Shown piece after piece: positions 1 through 9,476 of a stretch of DNA of 64,000 bases. This DNA comes from Macrostomum lignano (Eukaryota), in contig NIVC01000035.1 in assembly GCA_002269645.1 (NCBI GenBank), positions 1 through 64,000 on the forward strand. The letters are read 5' to 3'. The notes beneath the pieces were generated by a model. The model saw only the letters and a list, made by a program, of their open reading frames with translations. It was not told the DNA's origin and did not search any database. The position numbers and the translations under genes were made by a program. How positions within the stretch are numbered: the stretch's first letter is position 1; each line of letters starts with the position of its first letter.

Positions 1-738
1 CTCCCCTGTGGAAGTGCGGGCCGTCCATCACAACCAGCCAGCTTCCATCGCATAGAGCTCATTGCATCGCTCTGCCAAGAAGTTGATGAACTCCTGGAAG
101 CGAACCAGCGTCTGACCACCCGCTGCACGGTCGAGTGCACCAGGCCAAACTCTGCGCAGATAGCCATGCAGACGTCACGTTTGGGCCTCTTTGTGTCGTC
201 ACAGTCCGCTTAACAGGCGACCCCTGATAGCACGGCCTTGCGATCGCCTTAGCCACAAAGTTGAATCCAGTTTCGTCCAAATAGACGATGTGTACGGAGG
301 CGTCAAGGTGCAGCATGAAGTTGGCATATTCTCTCCGGGCCTCGATGTTTTCAGGCAGATTGCAGCTCGCTCTGGTGTCACTGCCCTTCGTTCCAAGCTT
401 CAGGGTGTATAGCATCCCTTGGAGCATCCGATCGACCGTCTTGTACCCCACTTGAGGCTTTTCCGGAAACTGTGCAGCCATGCAGTTGGCCATCTATTTT
501 AACGTTAGGAAGGGGTTCTCTTGCAGCTTCTGGTTCAGAAATTGCCGCATTTCATCATCAACTTTAAGAAGTCGTTGACCACCGCGAGAAGCGCCTCAGT
601 TCTTCCTTCTAGGCGATGCTGACGGCAATTCTATAGGCAGTTGAGACAGGCAGTTGCAGACGGCTGCTGCTTCCCTTAGTGGCTTCCATTTTCAATGGCC
701 GCAATGAGTCGCTGGCGGTCCACAGATGAGGCGGGCAT
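1..738 (-). pseudogene. Tc1/IS630-like DDE transposase remnant, frameshifted, running off the left edge
   Basis: ATG at 738 gives MPASSVDRQRLIAAIENG; an HTH-like segment follows (PVSTAYRI...RGGQRLLKVDDEMRQFLNQKLQENPFLTLK*). The first catalytic motif is IVYLDETGFN (ORF 59-493) and VMDGPHFH lies in another frame near position 1-30. In-frame stop and frameshifts present. Confidence 0.8.
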
Positions 739-972
739 TTTTATTGCAGTGGTGAAGACTGAACTCTGTTAATTCTAAGTGTTGGATAAATAGGCAAGAA
801 AGCAACGAGACTGTGGGTGATGGAGAAGCAGTGATGGAGGAGTTGCGCTTGGAGGAGTGAAGAGAGCTAGGGGAAAGAGAAAAAGCGATCGATTCTCACA
901 TTGGATGCCTTTTTAAAACTTTGCTTGTCTTGTCTTGTCTTGTCTTGTCTTTTTAAAACTTGCGAAGCGCAC

Positions 973-1951
973 GAGTGCCATAGACTATTATCGCACGAGT
1001 AAGCCTAGTAGTAGGCATATTGTCTCATGACTGAGCGTGCGTTGAAAAAATTCTTCGTCACAGCACTGTACTTTATTATCTGCACGTTTTTTGTTCCTGC
1101 AGCTAGGAGTTCCTACCATAGACATTTTCTTAGTGACCATAGACAATTTCTTGCTATGCACAAGCTTCTGATCGTGAGTTTGGCCCCATATGGATTCATT
1201 ATTTCCTAACGGCATGAGAAGCGGCATGACGGCCGGTGAGATCTCCCACCATTTGGAGTGGGCCGACGTTGAGAAGCTTGTGGACGAGCAGTTACGTCTC
1301 CAAGCAACTAGTGTGGACGACAACGAGGAGCTGAACCGCCTATTCGACTCCATCCCTGATTTGAACGACGACTTGGCCTCGATCGACCTTGACGCATCAA
1401 TCCGGGCGCTGGAGCAAGAGACCGATGTCAAATCGTCTAAGAAGCATGAGGCTCAATACGTCGCAAAATTTCGCGATTTCTTGGCAAAGTATCCGCACCT
1501 GCGCGTCGATTTGGACACCTCGCAACGTGAGGAGCTGAGCGTTGGCCTGCGCTACTTTTACGGCACTCTTCACAAGACTGATGGCCAGCCGTATGCTCCT
1601 AGCAGCCTCGTGTGCATTCGCGCTGCCTTGTTCCACTACCTGATGAAGAACCGGGGCATCAACATCATTTCGATGGTCGATTCTACTCTGCAAATCAAAT
1701 GCTGAAGGCCGGTGGGCGTCTTTTCTTTGTTAAATTCTGCTGTGTTTTTCCCCTTTGTTTTAATAAACGTTGCTTGCAAACTGCTGTTTTTTGTGGCGCT
1801 GTAAGCTATTATCTGCACGCTTTTTCATTATCTGCACGCTTTTTTCATTATCTGCACGCTTTTTTGGCTACGCCGCATAGGGTTGGGCCATAGACTGTAA
1901 GATTAATGCACGCTTTTTGGACCAAAAACGCACGCTCAGTCATGGGACAAT
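973..1951 (+). mobile_element. Truncated Crypton-like (tyrosine-recombinase transposon, DUF3504-associated) fragment
   Basis: ORF 1190-1705 contains ELSVGLRYFYGTLHKTDGQPYAPSSLVCIRAALFHYL..INII and continues after a frameshift as DGRFYSANQMLKA. This resembles the region upstream of the YR domain in Crypton/KCTD1/QRICH1/ZMYM proteins. There is a 25-bp inverted repeat (1019-1043 vs 1927-1951, 1 mismatch) and CCATAGACT direct repeats at 978 and 1888. Confidence 0.65.
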
Positions 1952-3083
1952 GTTTTGAAATGGGGTTTGTTGCCCCAGTCTGAATTGTCTGAATAGAATT
2001 TCCGCTAGTTTTTTTAGAACTGGACTTTGTTCAAAATTGAACGTGAAAAGGTGTACTACTGCCAGCTATGAACTCAAAAAACATACAAAAAAGTCCTGGT
2101 GAACTGAAGATCGTCAGTTGCACAAGCAGATGGTCCCGAAAACTGTCAGAAACATTGATGAAATAGCGGAACTCAAAGCTGGAAACTAAATAATCATCAA
2201 TTAATATTCATTTCGCAAAATACTAGTCAAGCCATGTAATTCAACGCCACAAATGACTAGTAAAGATTTATAAATTCAGCGCTCAGTGGAAGCGCCAAAA
2301 AAACTGAGCACGTTAAGGCTAAGAGAAATGAGAAAACTTGAGTAAAAAATAGCAGCAAAATTGACGAAATAGCAAAGGAATGACAACTGAGGAAGATGGG
2401 AAGAATGAGGAAGATGGGACAAAAAGGGCAAGAATAAAAAATCAAGAATTCCGCAGCATGCTATCTTACATGTGCATAACCGCTGTGCAAATAAGTGGTC
2501 CAGAATGGTTCAAACATTGTACAAATTAATGAAAACCAAACCATTTAAATTAAACCACCGCACCTTTTCTCGTCAAAATTTTTTTTGAATGAATGCACAG
2601 TAGATACGACGAGGAGCAAATACGCTTTTCTGAAGCGCAGGTTGACACTTCAAATTCAAATATCCGTTCAAATATCAGATATCTATTTCGTTAATTTCTT
2701 ATTACGATTGGAAAACAACTGAGAGCGTCAAAGCGTTTTTGAAAAATTAATTGCATCGCAAACTCAAAAAACATCGATTAGCAAGGCTTCAAGCGAAAGA
2801 ATTCTGAGAAATATAAAATAGTTTAGCCCACGGTACTGTAAGATTTTTGTTTGTAAATATTACTATATTGCATCATCACTGGTTCATAATTTGTTTAAAC
2901 AACTTTACGGTTAGATATGGGTTGCAGGGTGCAAGACTGTTTAAAGTGTAATAAGAGACTCACTGCAGGGGTAGAGAAGAAAGGGGTACACGGGCTTTTA
3001 GGGGACTTACTGCAAAGATAAAAGATAAGATCTAATGTTTAGTGTCAAGTTTACCGTGAACTTCTCACTCTTGATCGCAGGCC

Positions 3084-4282
3084 TTATTTAATCCAGTCAG
3101 CATCGCGAGAAGCCGCAGGCCAGATGCACAGAAAGAAAAGCGCATTGAACGCGCTGGCGCCCAAATAGCTAGCAAAGCAGATTTTGTCTTTGTGTCGCAC
3201 TAAAAAGGACAGAAAAACGGCCAAGCGTCGGGCAATTATCGACCGTCGTTTCTCAGCGGACTCGGACTGCGTGCGATGAGCTGCCACTTGAGGAAAACGG
3301 AAAACTGCAACAAAGGTGAAGAAGATCAGTATAAGCATCTGGGTGATTAGGAATGTTCCAACCAGAGGAATGATGTTCATCGACTTGGGCGCGGATTGGG
3401 AAGCGATGAGGACGTACAGCGTCATAGACATGATGATGGCGATTGACACGTTAGCTCGGTCGCCTTGCTGCTCAGCGAAGAACATGATACTAGCCAGTAG
3501 CGACAACAGTTCGTACGGCACAATCATCAGGATTGCGTAATACGTCTCGCGACGCTGTAGAAAGAATCGCAGATTGTAGAACTGAAACTCGGAGTTGGCA
3601 GCCCCAGCCATGTACTTGACGCTGTGGGTGAGTCCGGCCAAGTCCCACTCGCCTACACTAAAAAAGCGCTGCTATCAGACGTACTGGCACTCATTCTGCT
3701 GGTCAGAGTAAAGCTGAAAACGCTGGATGGCGAGTTAATAGATCCGATTTGTAGTGTGCACACCTGTCGATCAATTGGAAATAGACGCATATCCAGAGAG
3801 CAAGGAAACTGGGTCACTGTGTAAATGTAAGTAAATACGGAACCATCCGGAGACGCGATTGTTTCGAGGAATTTCGAGTTGCGCAAATCGAAAAACTCGA
3901 CCGATTTAGCGTTCCAATAGCCGATGTCGGGTATCCACAGGCTGTTCCTGTCAAGTCGCATCTGATTCACGCCAGTCTCAGTAGCGTTCCAGGCTAGTCT
4001 TGGATCGCGCCACGACATCAGTACCCAGCCGGACCATTCTAGCAGTTCTTCATCGCCTAGTCCGTAGACTGTCTTCACATCGATGTTCACGTGTACGGTT
4101 GTGTTGTAACCACTGAGACTGGGTGGCTGCATAGACCGGCACTGGGACAGATACTGCGGGCCGACGCTCTGAGTCAGGGCTCTGCAGACGGGTCCGTCAG
4201 TGTTGGTTGACGGATCCAGGCAGTCTGAAGGCTGCAGCGTTAGAGCCAAGGCTAGAAACAGTAATTGCATGTGTTCTTGCAT
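3084..4282 (-). CDS. Intronless Cys-loop (pentameric) ligand-gated ion channel subunit, nAChR-superfamily-like, with a 1-bp frameshift at ~3660-3665
   Basis: Signal peptide MQLLFLALALTLQPSDC; WRDPRLAW, LWIPDI, Cys loop FPCSLDMRLFPIDRQVCTLQIGS. One extra T in the T6 run joins the two ORFs as SSAFFSVGEWDLAG. M1-M4 follow (YYAILMIVP..., GDRANVSIAIIMSMTLYVLI, IIPLVGTF..., DKICFASYL...). Confidence 0.88.
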
Positions 4283-4953
4283 AACTATTACTCTAGACTT
4301 ATTGCTTAATAATGGACAGTTGGAATTTGTGAGCACTTGTCTGAGTCAAGCTTTCGGCCTCACTAAATACCAAGGGATATGGAGCAGTGGAGACAAGTTT
4401 TAGGCTTCTGATTGGCTAGCGGAGCTGTATACGATAGAATTCGATTATTAAGGGGATGCAAAATCCATGGCAGTTCGGCAGAAATTATAGCTGAGCACTT
4501 TTACAGGCCAGCAGACACAGCCTTTTAGAATCTAAATTTCGAACTCATACGAAAATTTAAAAGGCATTTTATTAATTCACTGGAAACACCGCAAGCAGGT
4601 TAAACAAAAACTCTGCCGAAGCAAGATGAATGAAGACCTGTATGAACCAACGAAAAGAACTACCTGAAAACTCGTTTCATTTGTAGAAAAGCAATAGCAA
4701 ATTTTCCAATTCAAGAAAAAATTAACTTTCAGTCTGCGGCAGCGGTTCCTCAGCTGTCGGTTTTGTAAGCAGAGGGGATGAGGAATTTACCGATATGCGA
4801 CTGCAGAAAAAATAGGACTGGAAAGGCAAAAGAAAAGGGGCGCTATCATCGCCAACCACAAAGGGGACGGGGGCTAAATCCGCCACTCCTTTCTTAACCA
4901 GAGCTAAATCTAGTTCAGGCCATAGATAGCTGCGTTCAGACAAAATGTTTCAT

Positions 4954-5300
4954 TCAGTTTGAGAAGCACTTTGTCCCGATTCGATTCAAGAATGGAGACA
5001 CTTTACCGGTATACGATAGAGAACAGCACGATGTCTCGTGCGCACGGCAGGAAGATTGGTACAGACTTCGGTCGCGCCTTGTATGCAGATAGCGTTGTAC
5101 GGTGGACTCGGACTTGTGTCCTGACACGTGCATGATGTCATGCACAGTGGCACCGTTGCTGTCAAGATCACAAATTCTTGTCACTCTAGAATGCAAGCGC
5201 CGGTAGGCGCGAGTCAAAAAAAATTGTTGTAACGCACTGGGACCGCTGATTATTTATACACAATTGTGTCTTTCGTTCAACATCCACTGTGTGAACTCAT
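4954..5300 (-). pseudogene. Tyrosine recombinase C-terminal fragment (Crypton-like)
   Basis: HSRVTRICDLDSNGATVHDIMHVSGHKSESTVQRY matches the H-x-x-R ... IMxxSGHKSxxxxxxY catalytic end of Crypton YRs. The HxxR motif is degraded and there are stops upstream. Confidence 0.7.
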
Positions 5301-6174
5301 CTCGCCGCTCCTTCACAACGGGGTGGCTCCAATCAAATATAGTCTGCGTAGTCTGCGTTGGTTGAGACAAGAGAAAAGTGATCATCATCATCGTTTGAAT
5401 CGTTGCAGACGGACTCACGTCCAGGAGCTCGAAAACTGACTCAATCTGCTGCTCCTGCAGTGCTGTATGTATTTTTCCCCAGAAAGTTCTCTAGTGCACT
5501 AGCCCACCCTACTCAAAGTCTCCTGCTGAAGACTGCCCGTCCCGTCCCGTCCCATCAGCGTCAGGTAATCGCAGTTTCCTCAAACGAGAGACTTGTTACT
5601 AGACCGCCTCCGAATGAGTGTTGTCACAGAAAACCCGACTAAATTATATGCCCTAAAAGCATATTCTCATGCAGCAACCGAGAATATTCAAATGTGGAGT
5701 TGACGCAGAGAGGTCAGAGGCTGAATCGCCTGCAAGCTCTGTGTGCTGCTGGCAGCTCTGTGCGGCTTTCTCTGATTTTCCCAGTAGGAGCTGTTACTAT
5801 CAAAAGGGATGTACGAGTAGGGCATCCTGATTGCATCAGTAGCCCCCAAAGAGTCGTATAAAAAAGCCCAAAGCTCCCTCATAGCTTAATTTGAAGGTGG
5901 GAGAATAAAAGAGTAAGATGCAAGAGTTGGAGACGCCGGGCGCATAATACATGCTAAACCACTCTCTTTAGGAAGATCAAAATCGAGGCAAACTCTTGGC
6001 GGTCAAATAGTGGCAGTCAACTTAGGGCACTCAAATGGTCTACTCCACATATGTGCGCGCATGCATGTAATGACCATTCCCGTTATCGTTAACATATTCG
6101 GAACTTCATTTCGCTTGAGTAGTGATAGAAAAAGATCGAAGGCTCAAAATCAACATTTTATTTAATTTTCTAAA

Positions 6175-6210
6175 GCGACGCGTTTCAGTCTGCATTGACC
6201 ATTATCAAGC
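6175..6210 (-). ncRNA. Degenerate minimal type-I hammerhead ribozyme motif (Penelope-like element remnant)
   Basis: Minus strand reads GC-TTGATAA-TGGTC-AATGCA-GACT-GAAAC-GCGTC-GC, then AATAAA. The core deviates from CTGATGA; stem II is GGTC/GACT; stem III is the palindromic GAAACGCGTC. Confidence 0.4.
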
Positions 6211-7879
6211 AGATAATTGGCTGAAACGAAATTGCGAAAATTGCTGTTCCAAAAATAATTAGCCCTCAATAAGAAAACGCCCTTCGACCGTAGCAGATAA
6301 AAAAAATCAAACTTATCATATGGCAACTGAACATCAATCAAACATTTACATGTAGGTCAATTTTAAGCCTTAAAACTCTTACCAACATGTATTTATAGAC
6401 ACAAAAACGTGAACAACTGTGTCCAGCTGCATGTAACACGATAGTTAAGAAGGGGTAATTAGCCTCCGCCGCACACAGCAACTTGGTCAAGGTGGAAGAT
6501 AAACTTTTCCTTATCGTAGCTCAATTCAGTAGCTCTATAAGTAAAAGCATATGACTAGGACATGGTAAAATGGATTAATTGCAGGAAGAGAATTTCATTT
6601 GGTGCGTTTGAATTCCGCGGTGCAGGATTCAGAACCCAAAGAGCAGAGGTTGAGATGGGGGAGGAGTGGGGGGCTTAGCGTCGATGATTCATCCGATAAG
6701 TCATCAGGAGGGAGAGGGGCCTCGATCATCTAGGATTGGGATCGCGTTGGACAAATTTGAGAAATTGATGTACGTAATGATGAATTACATACGTAACGGC
6801 TATTAAACATGAAAGTTTTAATAGCAGCCTGTCCGTTGTTAAATAACAAATTACAATTAAAATGTAACTTTTATTTTGTAGATTTTATTAAATAAAACTC
6901 GACTGATTGGGTAAAATTATCCGCTTACGTGGAATATATACATGTAGTTACGTTCTGACATTGTTCGCGAAACAAGCGCAATTTTCATTTCTGGAAAAAT
7001 TTTGTTCTTAGACCTGTTCGTGACTCTTAATTCAGTGCAGTATCAATGAGATCCTATAAGAGATTTTAACTAAAAAAGCTTTCATAATATTAATTAGCTG
7101 GTTCTAAATACATGTAAATGTATACTTGAGTCGGACTGGATTACTTTCCCGCGAATTCTCGCGTCAGTAGTGGCAGCGAACTACCGCTACATGTACGTAA
7201 AACCAAGAGCAAATTAAGCTTCCTTTCGAAGCAAGATAAAAATTTACGGTAAATTGTTCAATTGATGAGGACGCACTTTTTTCCAAATTTCACGCTCGCA
7301 CATGGGCTCCAAACTGGCTAGCCTACTAACAGCAGGCTATGGGCATTTTTCTGATTTTTTGTAACTTTTTTAGAATTCATACTGGTAGGACTTTTGTAGC
7401 CATATGAATCTGCCATACTTGTAGTTATAATAACATTAGGCGCGGTTTTTTGCTGCTTTTAGGATCATAAATCATTGCTTTTGAGCTGGTCTGACAGCCA
7501 CCTGCGCCTCACTCAATGCTGAGGCTGGCGCCAGATGGTCTGAGAGGATGCGGGCGGTAGCTTTTTTCTCATCATTTTGACAGGCCATCAGATTTATTAG
7601 GTCAGGCCCATTGTTCGTGTTCACTAAAGCGTTTGACAGTTCTGACAGCTATGCGTTTTACCCCTAAAAGTACTTTGGGATTAGCGATTAGTGAATTCTC
7701 TTCACCCTCTTCGTTTTCTACTTAATAAGACCTTTCTAATGTATATTTTTTCATTAATTTTTGTCATTCCTACGCGAAAGGTCATAAATCATTATGTAGC
7801 AATTTTGAGGGATTTGTGACTGCACCTGGCGTATTTTTATCGCCCGAGAGAACTGATAGGATCTTCTGGTCACGTGAGT

Positions 7880-9270
7880 TTGGGTGGCAACAAGCTCAGC
7901 CAATCAGAAAATTCGACGTCAGTTATAACAAATCGGCTCAGCCAATCAGCGTCGAGGTGTTCCATTATAACAAATTGCAGTCCAGTTGGCGGCTATTTAA
8001 ACCGGTGTTTTTGGCCCGCTTGGACCTCAACCTCCTGGGACCTTGGCCTAACTTAGACCTCACGGAGCTCGACCGTCTTCTCTTGATCCCCGGATCGCAA
8101 CTTCCCCCGTCACCATCAAGGACGAATTCCCCCGGTCGTCAGCAGCGAACATCAAAGTTAAGATCATCACCTGCTAGCTATTTGCGAAGATTGTGACATC
8201 AGCATCATCCCCGGGCCTACAGCTGCGAAGCACTAAGCCGATTCGGTCACTGTGGATTACCTGGTCTCCGGCTGTTGAGTTTCTGATTGGTTGGGTGAGA
8301 GGCTACCTAGACTTGCTTGATTGGGTGATTCCTTATCTGTCCCCTATTTCAGTAGCTGAATTAGGCGACACTTTTACTCATTTTGTTCAGCAGTGCTGTT
8401 ATTGAGGCAGAAATCACTTAATAATAATACTAATAGTAGTCTGATACTCCAATTCAATCTGAAGTGTGAAGGGATTTAGTGAGAAGGTTAAATCTGACAG
8501 TTATTTTTATCAGTTTTATTTCTTTGTTCGCCGATGGCTCAGATGAGTAGCTAAGCTAGTAGGCGCCAGTCACAGTGGACCAATGGCAAGGCAGTTCTCA
8601 GTCGATCAATCTATCAAATCAGTTAGAAAATTGCCAATAGTGCAAAATCGGCGCCAGAGATGTACTTTGTGCACTCTAGGTTCGCCAAGCGGCTCGGGTA
8701 AATGAATCATGCGGTCTCTGAAGTTCGAGTTAGTCTATCATCAGCGCTACGAGAGGCTGGTTGGTGCGTTGAAGGCCAAAAGTACAATTCCTCGTATTTA
8801 GCAATGTAATAGTACATGTAGCTACCCCATAGTCTCGCCACTGCAAGAATGCCCTGCACAAGTCCCCTCTATACCTGCATGGCCAATGCGATCTAGTCCC
8901 AGCAGTGTCCCTTATCATCGGCTATGACTTCGAGATTGACAGCAAAAAGACAATAGTTGGCAGGTAAGTGCTAAGCCCCCTCTAGTCGGAAGCCCGATTT
9001 CGAAAGTTCCGGTTTGGTGAGCCAGAACGCACGGGCTGGTGGCAGCGGGTTAGTTAATCTGCGGACTGGCTAATCTCTACCTTTAAAATTCTCCCTGCTT
9101 GTCTCTCGCTGTCCATCTCTTAGCTATAGGACCTAGACTGCTCGCCACAGATCAAGCTACCGTGGGGCTGACCATCTGACAGGAGTGGGGGGCCAGGACT
9201 CTAATGGATTCATTTATGAGACCTGAGGCCCGAAAGCTTCCACAAAGGGGCCGAAACCCATCACAATATT
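7880..9270 (+). mobile_element. Possible LTR/pseudo-LTR-like non-coding retroelement remnant
   Basis: Two CAGCCAATCAG boxes (~7897, ~7940) and a GCTATTTAAA TATA-like site (~7991). A degenerate hammerhead-like CTGA-GGCCC...GGGCC-GAAAC lies at ~9224-9257. No recognisable protein. Confidence 0.3.
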
Positions 9271-9476
9271 GATAGGCTAAATTAACACTCTGTCTGCCCA
9301 GGCATTTTGAAATACTACATCAACTTTAGCCTGTTCCATGCTTCGAAAGTTCCAGCAGATAAGCCTGGACTATCTGCTGGTTATACCAAGTCGGATAGGT
9401 CTCTCATCGCTGACATTTTGTCTGTGGTTAAAACCCTCAATGAAGAATGTATCAGTTTACTGGGGTAAAATTTGTT

